A DNA stretch of 64,000 nt from Phoronis australis (Eukaryota > Animalia > Phoronida): contig NMRA01000652.1 in NCBI GenBank assembly GCA_002633005.1, positions 76,597 through 140,596 of the forward strand. Reading direction: 5' to 3'. Made by a program: the position numbers and the translations under genes. This document shows, piece by piece, positions 49,628 through 63,636 of the stretch. How positions within the stretch are numbered: the first letter of the stretch is position 1; each line of letters starts with the position of its first letter. Below the pieces are notes generated by a model. The model was not told the DNA's origin and made no database searches. It saw nothing but the letters and a program-made list of their open reading frames with translations.

Positions 49628-52351
49628 ATGGTGTTCTTAACAAATTACATTATGCTGCTTGTGGCTGGTGCCTCGGCAGGTTCATCAATCGAAATCAATG
49701 CACCGCGAGAACTCGTTCACCTGGAGAAAGGCGTTAAACCGCTTAAAGGGGTTAAACTGTGGAGCGGACATGCTCGAGCCGTGACGGAGTGTTCCGCCTT
49801 GTGCAACTTAGAGAAAAATTGTTGGGACTTTTATTTTGAAGAGCAGTCGTGTGACTTATTTAAATCGACGGAAGAAAAGACAAAAGCGAATGGAACTTTT
49901 GGTCAAAACGTAAGTAATTTGTAATATAAGACAATTTCAAAAACGATTATAAATAAAAATGCAAGAATATCTGATTACAGCAAGTAAAACAACCCTGAAC
50001 AGATAAAAAGCAAGCGATAGAAAATACCAGATTCTGTTCTCCAGAAATGTACTTAAGAATTGAATCAGGAATAAAGGGGATCTAATCTTTCTACTCAAAG
50101 TTGANAACCATTCTGAAATGAAGCACACTTATCAAAAGCGCACGCGGTCATTTGGCATTGCTTTTTATCACCGATATTACACAAGACGACATCATGTTAT
50201 TGTCTGCCTATATGCATACATAAAAAACTGGCCAAAAAATAAAAAAGTATTATATGTTTAACTTAGAGTGGTTTAAAAAAGTAAATCTCCCAACGCTGTT
50301 TTAATTGATGAGAATAGTTAATTCAATTATCAGTGTCACGAAAGGTTAGGTCGGGATGGAAATTACCTCCCGCTATGGCAAAGAAGGGTTTGAAACGTGC
50401 TTTGTTTGACTTCATCATGTGCATCCCATACAAGTAGTGAATAGAAAATAAATTAGGATTTTTGGTAACCTGAACTACTGCCTGCTTTAACGGTGATCTG
50501 TTTTTGGTTGTGCATCATCAATTCATCTTTGTGTATCATCTGTTTTGGGAGAATCTTCCATAACAACTACAATCCTACATAAATTTGAGTTTTTCCTTTC
50601 AGTATTTCTTTTTTATGAATATTGTAGTGTGCGTCATTCAACTTTGATGGCCATTGCTTCACCAAAAAGTCAAAATGATACTGGATTAATTTTGTTTACT
50701 TTCACAAATTTGATAAAATGTTCAAGAATCATCATTTGAAGTAAGTTTTGTTCAATTTGTGTTCATATTTGTTTTATGAAGTTTGAGCTTGAATTAAACC
50801 GATTATCTTGAAATCCACCTTTTTCTCAATAACTGAATAATTATTTTATGTACACTAATTTATTCCTTTCTTGCATTTAACCAAATTTCAAGGCTGGATA
50901 AGGTTTAATATGCAGAACCTGGTCGTCTACTCCGTATATTTAGCCAAATCTCGGCCAAAACTAAAGCTATAACGTAATAAAAGATGTTTGACTTGATACC
51001 AATCTGCTGTTAATTGGGTCACGTGGCAAGTCACCTGTCTTTTAGTGAAACTTACGATAAAAGAAAGGCACGCCCATAACAGCACAACGGTATCAATAGC
51101 ACGACCAAATTTCGCTTGATATAAAATGTTGTGGATGGAATCTCAAAAACGCTGTGACAGTTTTCTGAACTATCAGTTTATTTGTTTTGTGTAACTTTTC
51201 AGTTTTTCATATGAATCATGAAAGTGAATTTTTGGATAGCCCCTCACTTAAAAATAGAACACTTTAAAAACAGTTCCTCGCAGCGTTTTGAAGAGGAATA
51301 CATAAAACATAGCATCTGAGCATTTGGACATTTTTGTGCTTAAAGCGGCCATTACACCGTGTTTTGTCCAAAATCGAGTTGTTGTTCAAGACCACTTTCA
51401 GCAATCAAATTACTTTCATCTCTTGCTCTTTTTTGGGGCGAGGAATGGTTTCAGGGTTCACAAAGAACTGTCGGTTCCTCGTTCCTTGAAACCATGCCCT
51501 TCTCATAATATGACAGGCCTTGACAAACCAACTTCTATAGAGTCTGACTGGAAGTATTAACGACCTATCAGGTCCTTCGAACTCTGAAATCACATCGAGT
51601 TTGACTACTGAACAAATTGAGTCCAATTTCGTAACGCTGAGTGATGTAAATCAAAGGTTGTTTTCGAGATGGTTCCAACTCGAAATGTATGGTGCACCGC
51701 AGAAACGGACAATAAGGTTTTACATAATTCCCGTGCTTTGTTTTTTCAGGAGATGAATTCGTTGGTATCCATTCTGTGAGACCTTATAGGAGCGCAGAAG
51801 CGTTCGATGTGCACTGCGCTTTCGGCTGGACAATACTCTATAAGCGAACCGGTCCTCAACTTAACATGAAACGAGAGTTTAATAAATACGCTGTCGGGTT
51901 CGGCGTTTTGTCTGGAGACTTCTGGCTGGGTAACAGGCATATGCATTACCTTACCACACAGGCGACTTACGCTTTACACATCGACTTGGGCAAATTTGAC
52001 AACAATTCTGTCATAGACAAGTATTCGCAATTCGCTATTTCGGACGAAGACGACATGTTCCGCTTGACTGCCGTACAGTCTGCAGGTAAAAATTTGGCGA
52101 AACTCAGTGGTTTGAAGTTTACAACGAAGGATATGGACAACGACAACTGGCACAAAAACTGCGCCGTGTCCCGCGAGGGTGGCTGGTGGTACGACAAATG
52201 CGGCTCCTTGATATTAACCGCGGGATATCCGGTGGACGCGTTTAAATGTGAAGTGACTTCCGGTGGATCTTTGGTTTACTGTATGTCCGCGTCAGTACCC
52301 AAACTGCAAGGACTGAAATCGGTACATATGATGATTAAAAGGAATACGTGA
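49628..52351 (+). CDS. Secreted PAN/apple-like + fibrinogen-related domain (FReD) protein, paralogue A
   Basis: Exon 49628-49909 encodes a signal peptide and ECSALCNLEKNCWDFYFEEQSCDLF (C-x3-C-x5-C-x9-C, PAN/apple-like). Exon 51750-52351 encodes FReD motifs VHC..GWT, GFG..GDFWLGN, FTTKDMDND, NCA, GGWWYxxC. The phase link between the exons is unresolved (see findings). Confidence 0.8.
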
Positions 52352-55300
52352 TTTCAGAAAAGGGAATTCAACTGATCATTTCAACTTCACCTGAACCAAT
52401 TGATACTATAGGGCGACAGTAAGCTTCCGACGGAAACATTCGTTTTTCAATATCGGCGTGTTTTGCGTCGTCTTGCGTGATCTTACTTTTTGCGAAATTT
52501 TGCGTTTACATGTTCGTCACATTCCGAGATTTTTTCGGTAGCCTTTCCGTGATTTGAAGCCTGCGAAATTGGGTCCTGAAAAGAGTTCTGTTTTTTGCCT
52601 TTATGTCTATTAGCCAAGGCCGTAGGAAGCGGGGGGGCGGGAGAGCACGCCCCCTCCCCCCGCGTCAGAGTTAACCGTGGCAACCGACTTACGCGTGGGG
52701 CGAAAAAAGAAAGACAGCTAAATGCGGATAAGAGAGAAAATTCAAGAGAACATTTAACAACTCTGTATCAGTGCATGGTTTATCTTTTGAAGACACTGCC
52801 CAGGACAATGTTGTTGGGATCTTCGCTTTCGCAGCACAGGTCGTCTAAATGCTCTTGAAAACGTGAACGTAATGATTCGTGCATATATTTAGAAAAAATT
52901 GACAAAATTTATAAAGCGAAGCTTTTGCGGAGCGTATTAATTTACTGGATTTTTAAATTCAGTATGTTAATTTTGCGACTGCAAAACCATATTTTTCCAG
53001 AGGCCCCTCTCTGGCAAGGGATAACGGAGACAACTGTCGCTTTTTTCGAATTGTATATCACTTGAGAAGAATTGATGACTTGACAGATATAATCAATTGC
53101 TGCACATTTCTTGATTTTTGAAAATATAGATATTTTCACATAGAGGGGCCCACGTCTGAATCAGGTCATTGATGACATTCAATTGGCCACAGTTTTTATG
53201 TTTCTATTGACAACTTTTTAAGGGTACGCTCACGGAGAGAGGGCCCAATGTTGGACCCGATTACGTCTATTTTCCTGTTTTTTGGGAAATCGTACAACCA
53301 AATTTCATGTTGAAGAAGGTCACTTCCTGCACCGTCGTCTGACCACACACAGTGGAATGAACTGTCACTCATTTCCAAGCTTATTGATGTTTAGCTTTTC
53401 ATAATTAAGGTGTCTTATTTCAGACGGGACCCTCTCTCAGTGGAGCAGTTCGGAGAAATGTCCCTTTGTTTCTCTATACATGTAAATCCGACACTGCCAA
53501 GTATTCACGAGGAAAGTTGTGAGTCGAAATTCATCAAAAAACACAAAACATTCGTGTATAGCACAGCAGTATCAAGACATTCGACCCAAACAACCAAAAA
53601 ATATGAAAAAATACAACAGGATTTACCGCCATCGAAAGGGAGTCAGGAATTTTAAAGAACGTGAAGACCTCTGTTTGTTAATTACACAAAAGAACTATTT
53701 CCGATGGTTAGATATAAAATAATGTTACTGTTTCCCATATTATCACAAGTATAGTATCTCTTTTGAAGATGGTCACTATGAGTTGTTTGTAAGGAATTCC
53801 CACATTTGGAAAACACTGCTGCCGAGGCTACCATTGGGGTGACCGTGTACATGTTGAACGAGTGTACCCAAATACTCGCAATAACAAAAAAAAGAATAAA
53901 CAAATATTTCAGAGTTTTTTTTGAGGGCAAGTTAAATTCGTGAACCGTTATAGGTACCTCGGAAAAAGCAAATATACACCTTACTATGAAAGCCGAATCT
54001 CCTATTTCCCCCCGGTTACCCGTCAAAAATCTACATTTACATGTTTATGTATCTACGAAAGTGGACTGATTGAGAGATGATTTTTTGACAATTAGAAGCT
54101 AATCTTGTAACAAATGACAATACTTCAATTGCAGGCGGACATTGGAAAGTTCGATCTATCATCAGATCCCCAAATATAAAAGTACACTAAACGATTTTTG
54201 TCTATCTGAAAAAAGTCTCAAGCAAATTGATGAATTTCGGACAGCTTAAATGTGTCCTAAAATGTTCTCACAACTCAAATGACATTGAATTGTTTACTGG
54301 CTTAAGAACTAGATTACTGGGTTTAAGCTTACAAACGTAAATCGAAAACTAAGTTTACGTACGTATAAAATTAAACTTATTGGTCATCAACTTGGAAAGC
54401 TTATCTTTGAACTTCCTTGATGTTTTTGGTTTCCAGTGATATTTCGCAACGAATTTTTGTTCTTCAAAATTGAATCGTTTGCTTGCATTTCCCATTCATA
54501 CTACACACACGACATGTGCGCACCCAGCCTAAAATATAAGGGGCTCGAATTTTTGAGGATGTGGACCTTTTACTAAGTAAAAAAACGAATACGGAGTTCG
54601 TTCTGGGCTATGAATTGTGCATACGCCTAATCCTACCTTTCTAGTGGACTTTTGTCTCGTTTTTGCGGACTTTTTGTTTCTCTGAGGCGGACCTTTTTGC
54701 CCACTTTGCTATCGAGCTCNCCCCCCCCCCCCCGGTGCGCGCATGCACAGAGCACGTCATGACTGGCACACCCACGTTAAAATAAGGTGTAATCATGCAG
54801 TAGGCCTGCTTAGAATCTCAGTTACACACAGGAACTGAGTTTGAGCTCCAGACGTTGAAGTGTGTAAATTTTTGGGACACACTCTGTATCATTTTCCCCA
54901 GCAACCAGAAACTATACCACCGCCTGTGTTTCATCAAGGGAATCTGAAACAGCCACTCATACCAGGTACTTCGGAACCTCACCTTTCCAAAAATGACTTC
55001 AAATAATGGCCATAATAAAATGAAGTTTTCTCGAAACTGGATCATTTTAAAAGGAACCTTGACCTTCGACCCAGCTATAGTTATTTCAGGCAGCTTCCAG
55101 CTACCTGTCCGTGCGATCAGGGCCTCGACCCATTCTTACTCTCCGTGAATCTTTCGGTTCACGGTTACTCAAATAATGATGACCGTATCCCCGGTATTAC
55201 CCTCATCTATGGCGGACGTGGGGGTGGGGTTCGGTACAAATAAGGTGACATCCAAAGAACGGGGGAGGGGGTGACGATAGCAAGGGGTAGGTTGGCGAAG

Positions 55301-57120
55301 TCAAATTGGTTTGTGACCCCAATATTTTTTCCTTCCTACGGGCCTGTTAGCAGCACACGTAGTACGTTTTTTGTGCGAACATCACTAAGTCGCACCATAG
55401 ACGGTAGGTCGCACAAATTAGGCAGGGGAGTGCTGCCATGAACTCGACCGCTAATCCCGAGGTAATGGTATTGGTACGTTGTTCGGGACGATAGTGCTTT
55501 CATGTCTACAATTTGTGTATCTCTTAATTTCCATTAATTTGTGTCATACTCTTTTACTTCGTTGTATATAACATTTTAACTGATGGTTCCTGTAACTGTG
55601 TCAGTACTGTATTTTATTGTACTTTGTATTTTAATTATATCTTAACATTCTGACTGGACCCGCTTGAAATTTGGTGGATTTGATGACGAGGTTACACAGT
55701 GTTTTCAAGCGTTATCAAACCGTAGTAAGATCCCAAGGTGGCGAAACTGTAGCAACCTTGGCTTGCAGTAATCGTGCCTTGCAGTATAAATTCGTTTATT
55801 GCAACCCTTTCTTTAAGAGAACTACGTGAAAACAATGTCTTGCCTCTAAATTGTCACCACGACCCTGCGAACAGATGCGCCTGGGCAGCAGACATCGCTC
55901 CGCAAAAATTCCCAGACATAAGCCCCTAACTCCATACATGTGCCTAAGTTTAACAATCTCCAGTTAAACATTGCCTCAGAATTGTTGCCAAAAAGAGGGT
56001 TAATTGTTCCTGATCAGCCAGCATTGTTTTAGAGACCCTAGACATCTAAGGTAAGGTGACCCCAGCTGGAAATCTCAGCCAGCTTTTCATGAGTTAAAAT
56101 GCAAATAGCAATATTAGGTAGACAAGTGTCCTCCCTCTGGGATTGGGATTGCGAGCTTATAAGGAAAGGACTGCAGTGCGCAAAGAAAAGAATTGCTCTG
56201 ACGAAAAACTTGCGCCTGTCGAACGTTAGAAAAGAACAAGGCGTCTACCCTGAATATTCAGTTGAAATAAACGCGTCGCTGCACCACAGTTCGAAAAGGA
56301 ATCGGCAAACGAGATGTGATTCATTTAAAATGGTTGAAGCAAGTTCTAGATTTCACTAATTTCAATATAAATTGATGGGCGTTGACTTAAATTAATTGAT
56401 CTAGTAGTATTATTTTTATGTAATGAAATGAAACGAGGATCATTTGATTTCCCTGCAGACAATTAAATTGCTTTCGTGAATAGTTATACTTACAACAATG
56501 GTTACCAGTTATTAACATCCTTGGTGCGAACAATGTACTTTTTCACTTAAACAAATCTAACTAAACCAAAACATTACCTTCTTCCGGCGAATAAAGACGT
56601 ATGCGTTTTATAGTGCGCGCTAGTTCATAATATTCTGAAAGTTTGATTGAAACCTGTCACTAATTTTCAGCTATTCTGTTCACATCGAAGTTAGCTGCGA
56701 CACAAGGTGCTGTTTTACATGAGGTACTAAAACTAGCGGTACTATAGTTTGAATGAGCATGCATTGTAATCAGGCTTTGGACAAAGCTAATAACTTCAAG
56801 AAGTCAAACTTAACCATAAATAACCTGCAAAATTCGTCTTTGGCCGTAAATCGATTGAGTCCTTTTAATTGCCGTTTCTTTTAAATTATCGGCATGCAGT
56901 CAACATATCTCGGCAATGTAGTTGCCGTATAGAGTCCCATGCTTCTAAAGGTCCTGATGTATCGCAACTTTGACGTAACTACTTGATTTCCCTGGAGTCA
57001 ATTAAATTAAATCAATATTTCATTATAAACTACGATCAATTAGGAAGATTTTTTTCCATTCTCAGCTGATGAAAAGAAACCGGGCAGACTGTAGTCATCA
57101 ACTCACTTTTATATCTTGCA

Positions 57121-60100
57121 ATGTTGTATTTAATACATTACATTATGCTGCTTGTGGCTGGTGCCTCGGCAGGTTCATCAATTGAGATCAAGGTACCGCA
57201 AAAACTCGTTCATGTGGAGAACGGCGTTAAACCGCTTAAGGAGGTTAAGCTGTGGAGAGGATATGCCCGAGCCGTGACGGAGTGTTCAGCCTTGTGCAAC
57301 TTGGAGAAAAATTGTAGGGACTTTTATTTTGAAGAGCAGTCGTGTGAATTATTTAATTCGACGGAGGGAAAGACAATGGCGAACGGAACTTTTGGTCAAA
57401 ACGTAAGTAATTTGTAATATAAGACAATTTCAACCACGATTATAAATAAAAAAGGCAAGAATACCTGGTTACAGCAAGTAAAACAACCCTGAACTGATAA
57501 ATAGCAAGAGATAGAATATTAATCGCTTAACACTTGAGTCAGGAATCAGGCGAGGTTTATCTAATCTTTCTACTCATACTAGAACTATAAATTATTTTTG
57601 TCATTTTTGGATCTTCTTTTGTGCAAACTCAAGTTTCTTTCTAGTCCGAGTTTGTATTTTGGATTTTTGACATTTTTTTTAATTTCGATATTGTCTAAAA
57701 CTTTGATTCATTTACATGTTAGTGACAGAAAGAAATTGACTTGAAAAGTGCATGGTTGTCATTTAAACACATCTCTGAAAATTCTATAGGGCTGCTCATC
57801 AGGCTTTACTGGAAGCTTAGACCACAAATCGGCCAATTATCACACCAAACACAAAGTACCTTTGACNNNNNNNNNNNNNNNNNNNNNNNNNNNNNNNNNN
57901 NNNNNNNNNNNNNNNNNNNNNNNNNNNNNNNNNNNNNNNNNGCCTTGTGCAACTTGGAGAAAAATTGTAGGGACTTTTATTTTGAAGAGCAGTCGTGTGA
58001 ATTATTTAATTCGACGGAGGGAAAGACAATGGCGAACGGAACTTTTGGTCAAAACGTAAGTAATTTGTAATATAAGACAATTTCAACAACGATTATAAAT
58101 AAAAAAGGCAAGAATACCTGGTTACAGCAAGTAAAACAACCCTGAACTGATAAATAGCAAGAGATAGAATATTAATCGCTTAACACTTGAGTAAGGAATC
58201 AGGCGAGGTTTATCTAATCTTTCTACTCATACTAGAACTATAAATTATTTTTGTCATTTTTGGATCTTCTTTTGTGCAAACTCAAGTTTCTTTCTAGTCC
58301 GAGTTTGTATTTTGGATTTTTGACAGTTTTTTTAATTTCGATATTGTCTAAAACTTTGATTCATTTACATGTTAGTGACAGAAAGAAGTTGACTTGAAAA
58401 GTGCATGGTTGTCATTTAAACACATCTCTGAAAATTCTATAGGGCTGCTCATCAGGCTTTACTGGAAGCTTAGACCACAAATCGGCCAATTATCACACCA
58501 AACACAAAGTACCTTTGACTTTTGTCAAAATCCACAACAAACCAATCAGACACATTGGACTTGGGTCTGATAAGACACATTTTTAAAAAAGCTCAAGTGT
58601 TGCAATACACTAACTGAAAATTTAGTTGTTTTACGATAGAAAGTAGTACCTTCTCGTGTCTTTTTGCCGTGTTCAGTAAAACTGAACATTTTTAATGAAC
58701 AGATTTTCAGTGATAGTTGACCAAAAGTAGCAAGTCAACGTACGAGTTGCATCACGCATCAGACGCTGTTAAGATGGTACAATGTAATTGGCTATTTTTC
58801 ATGACTGTCAGGTTACAAGTCCTGTTCAGTTGTTTAAACACCACACGTTGTCGACCAAACATAAAAGCCTACCTTAATCCAAAGGTGTTGTTGAACGCAG
58901 CTTGAAACTTTCGTTTAAAATAAGAGAAAAAAATAAGGAGAATGATTTCAGTGGATAGGCCGTACATGACAGCCAGCGACGACGATCTTAGCTCTAGGCC
59001 TGGAACGCGAAAGATGGACTAAATTGTATTTTTAACATTTTGTTCATGTAAATTTTGAATTTCTGCTGATGTCAAAGTATTTTCCTCTTGGCTTCAAATT
59101 GCAAGAAAACGGTCTATCAGCTGCTCGTCACTTCCTCGATTTTCTCCCGCAAGGCAATGCACATCTCCTCATTTGGTATAATGGCAATACGTAGACGCAG
59201 CCTCGTCCCCAAGCCTCAAGATGGCGATGATCGGTTTTATTAGCCATTTGAAGCTTGCTTGCGTGAAATCGTCGGAACATCACGAATAATACAACTTTGA
59301 AATTTTCTGCAATATGAAATAAAAATAAAATCTAACGGTATATTGCAGCAATTTAGGACTACAGAAGACGAACAAAAACTCGTCATTCCTTTCAACGTCA
59401 TGACAGGTTATTACAGGCATCAGGCACGATACCTAATGTTTGATAAAACATTATAAGCATTGTTTCGTTGTTATTTAACATCCTGAACCGGCTAGTATCG
59501 GATACCCGGCATACATTAAACACTTGTTTTCTATTGAAGACCCAACGTTTATTAATTTCATGGTACCAAATTCCACTGCTTCTGCTAGAGATTCTCTTCC
59601 CTTACAAACTTGTCTTTCATTAGAAGCTTTAGGCGGTAGAAGTCCATGGATGCGCTTTTAATTCTTCGGGATCATTTAATAAAATAATGACCGGCTACAA
59701 CCGCGGACTTCTATGATATGTTGTGTAAGTTCATGTTAAAACCATTCCATTAAAATATTGGGTAAAACAACTACATGGAACGGTACGCCATGTTGTAAAA
59801 CTCACTTGCTGATATAAAATGTGACATGAAGAGCTCAATCAAAACTTTTGAATAAAACTCATCGCTTAATTCCTAAAATCAGCATGTTGGCGGCGTTTTC
59901 TGTTTTTTTTTTTCGAAGGGGCGATCCCTTCGGTCATCCTGAATCTCCGTGTGAGTTCACACATGGTCTTCGTTCAGTTAAAATGTTTCCTGCAGAAATG
60001 TTAAATCAAGTCTCAATTACGCCATTATGTCTATATAAACGGAATTTTACGGTTTCTCTTGAGTAATATAATCTTCCTGACTCCGTTTGGGATCAAAAAT

Positions 60101-63100
60101 GACTACTCAACCAGTTGGGTGTGGGAAATCTGTATTACACGTGTAATGTGATGTAAGTTAGCTGTGTTTCTTCCGATTTCCCTGTGCGGGAACCTGGCTG
60201 AATTTTTGCAGGATTCTGGAACATGGGGAGAAAACTGTGAAATGAGTGGTTTCCACTGTTTTGTTGCTATGATTTTGTCCGCAACAAGGCTCCGCCTTCA
60301 ATGATATTTGATAAATCCTGTTTTTCAGGCTTACATCGACTGTGAAGCGATTGGTGAGTTTTGGTAGCTTTTTTGTTTTCTGAATATAATTTGCTGCTGG
60401 GAATTCATTTCTTAATTGTATTGTCATCAGCAGTCCATTTTGTAGGACCTTTTACTAAGAACGAGAGAGACTCTGCACTGTAGGCCTACATTTGTTCACA
60501 GGCAACGTGATCCTTCGTTAGTAAACATTTGCAAAAAATATACAAACGTTTCATTGCATTTTTAATGTGACACATGAAATATACTGGTCAACATTACAAA
60601 TCATTAATCTCAGTTTCAATACCTCGGTAACGAATGGTTTTTGCCGTTTAAACTGTTACCAAGATTCCCTGCTATTGATAAGATTACCATACCTTAGCCA
60701 CCAGGTGGCGAGACCGGGGCCCGGTCTCCAATCTCCGTACTCAGACTCGAATCATGCTCAAACTCACACTTCATACTCAACTCGAGTACAGACTCAGCTT
60801 TGGTGTATTCAATGTCATATTCGAAAAATCTGTACTCGAAATTTCGAGCACGTACTCAGTTTTCGAGTGTACTCGAACTGAAGTGTATCTCATCTATATT
60901 TCGAGTACGATTTTGAGTAAAAATTTGGAGTCTATGCTCAAATTTCAAGTTTGGTATGGCAGTGTGCTTGAAATCGTACTCGAAAATAAATACGAGCCAG
61001 AGAACAAAATATCGAAAAGGAACCAAGAAACACAGCAAATCTAAAAAAATAAATCCTCTTACCGTATCTCAGCACTTCAACTTCAGTTCAGAGATAATAG
61101 TTTTCATCTTAAATCTTCTTATTCTTCACCTTATTAACCCGCCGTATCACTGTATGTTATGGCCNNNNNNNNNNNNNNNNNNNNNNNNNNNNNNNNNNNN
61201 NNNNNNNNNNNNNNNNNNNNNNNNNNNNNNNNNNNNNNNNNNNNNNNNNNNNNNNNNNNNNNNNNNNNNNNNNNNNNNNNNNNNNNNNNNNNNNNNNNNN
61301 NNNNNNNNNNNNNNNNNNNNNNNNNNNNNNNNNNNNNNNNNNNNNNNNNNNNNNNNNNNNNNNNNNNNNNNNNNNNNNNNNNNNNNNNNNNNNNNNNNNN
61401 NNNNNNNNNNNNNNNNNNNNNNNNNNNNNNNNNNNNNNNNNNNNNNNNNNNNNNNNNNNNNNNNNNNNNNNNNNNCATAAAGAGTTCCATAGCAACTCGA
61501 GTATGAGTGTCAGATTTGAGTACGTTTGGAGTCTACTCGAAATACGACATTAGATACGCTTTTTTGAGTACGACTCCAGTGAGCACGATTTTGAGTATGA
61601 AATCTCGAGTATGAGTATGAGTCTGAGTTCGGAGATTGGAGACCGGGCCCCGGGTCTCTCATGAGTCGGGTCACACAGCACTGCCAAGCACCATGTCGTG
61701 GAAATCAGTCAACATTTCATTAATCTGCTCAAGAAACAGTTCGGCAAAGAACCATTCTGAAATGAAGCACAGTTATCAAAAGCACACGCGGTCATTTGGC
61801 ATTGCTTTTGTTCATCGATAATACACAAAACGATGTCATGTTATTGTCTGCTTATTTGCACATGAAAAAGTGGCCAGAATATAAAAACATTACACGTTTA
61901 ACGTAGTGTTGTTTAACAAAGTAAATCTCCCAAAACTGCTTAAATTGATGAGAATCGCTATTTCAATCAACAATGTCACGAAAGGTTAGGTCGGGATGGA
62001 AATTACTTCTCGCTACGGCAAGGAAGTGCTTGAAACGTGCTGTGTTTGACTTCATCATTTCCATTCATTTCAAGTAGTGAATAGACAGAAAATTAGGATT
62101 TTTTGATAACCTGAACTACTGCCTCCTTTTCGTTCTGCATCATCATTTCCTCTTTGTGTATCATGTGTTTTGGGATAGTGTTCCGTATCATCTACAATCC
62201 TACATCTGTTTGGGTTTTTCCTCTTTTTTATGAATATTCTGATGTGCATCATTCAACTTCGGTGGCCATTGTGCGGTGCTCCATCAAAAAGCAAAAAGTC
62301 AAAATGATACTTACGAATCCTTGGATTAATTTTACTTACTGTCACAAATTTGATGACACGTTGAAAGCTCATCATTTGAAGTAAATTTTGATTAAGAGCA
62401 CCACCAAATGTTCCAGATGGAATCTCAAAAAGGCTGTGACTGTTTTCTGCAGTATCAGTTCGTTTTTTTGCAACTTCAAAGTGGTTCATATGAATGATAA
62501 AAGAGAAATTTTTGGACAACCTCTCACTTAAAAACAGAACATTTTAATAATAATTCCTCAAAGAGTTTTGAAGAATACATAAAGCATAGTATGTGAGCAT
62601 TTGGACATTTTTGAGTGTCCTACATCAGCTAAAAGTGGCTACTATCCGTGTTTCGTCCAAAATCGAACTGTTAATCAAGACCACTTTCTGCAATACAATT
62701 ACTCTCAATTCTTGCTCCTTTTTGACGCGAGGAATGGTTTCAGGGCTCACAAAGAACTGGCGGTTCGTCATTCCTTGAAACCATGCCCTGCTCATAATAT
62801 GACAAACCAACTTGTATAGAGTCGGACCAAAAGTAAAAAAGAGCTATCAGAACCTTCGAACTGTGAAATCACATCGAGTTTGACTAAGGAACAAACTGCT
62901 GCAAATTTCGTAACGCTGAGCGATCTGAATCAAAGATTGTCTTTAACATGGAAGGTGGGTTCAAACCTATGTATGCTGTTCCACATTGACGGATAATAAG
63001 ATTTACGCATTCCCGTGCTTTCTTTTTTCAGGAGAGGAATTCGTGGGTAGCCATTCTGTGAGACCTTACCGGAGCGCGGCAGCGTTCGATGTGTACTGTG

Positions 63101-63636
63101 TTTTTGGCTGGACAATACTATATAAGCGCACTGGCCCTCAACTTGACATGCAGAGAAACTTTAATGAATACGCTGCCGGGTTCGGCGTTTTGTCTGGAGA
63201 CTTCTGGCTGGGCAACAGGCATATGCATTACCTTACCACACAGGCGACTTACGCTTTACACATCGACTTGGGCAAATTCGACAACAATTCTGTCACAGAC
63301 ATGTATTCGCAATTCTCTATTTCGGACGAAGACGACATGTTCCGTTTGACCGTCGTACGACAGCCTTGGCGTTACAGACTGGTGGCACATAGTGGTTTGA
63401 AGTTTACAACGAAAGATATGGACAACGACAATGGTGGCAATAACTGCGCCGTATCTCGACAGGGTGGCTGGTGGTACAACAAATGCGGCTCCTTCGTGTT
63501 AACCGCGAGGTATCCCGTGGACGCGTTTACGTGTAATGTGACCAACAGTAGATCCATGGTTTACTGTATGTCCGCGAATGTACCCTTAAAGCGAGGACTG
63601 AAATCGGTACAGATGAGGATCAAAAGGAATGCGTGA
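57121..63636 (+). CDS. Secreted PAN/apple-like + fibrinogen-related domain (FReD) protein, paralogue B
   Basis: Exons 57121-57402 and 63032-63636 are close homologues of paralogue A. Upstream, intronic (61750-63030) and downstream flanks also align. The intron is longer and contains two gaps. Confidence 0.78.
57942..58519 (+). repeat. Gap-flanking duplicate of 57289-57866 (probable assembly overlap)
   Basis: Almost identical sequence on either side of the N run 57867-57941. Confidence 0.85.
60716..61651. mobile_element. Non-autonomous TIR element with ACTCGA/TCGAGT subterminal repeats, spanning a gap
   Basis: GGGGCCCGGTCTCCAATCTCCG(T/A)ACTCAGACTC is inverted at both ends (33 bp, one mismatch). 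Located in the intron of FReD paralogue B. Confidence 0.75.

Noticed and set aside
57741-58519. Third PAN-domain exon / third paralogue
   Set aside because: Near-identical overlap either side of an N gap; an assembly artefact is more likely.
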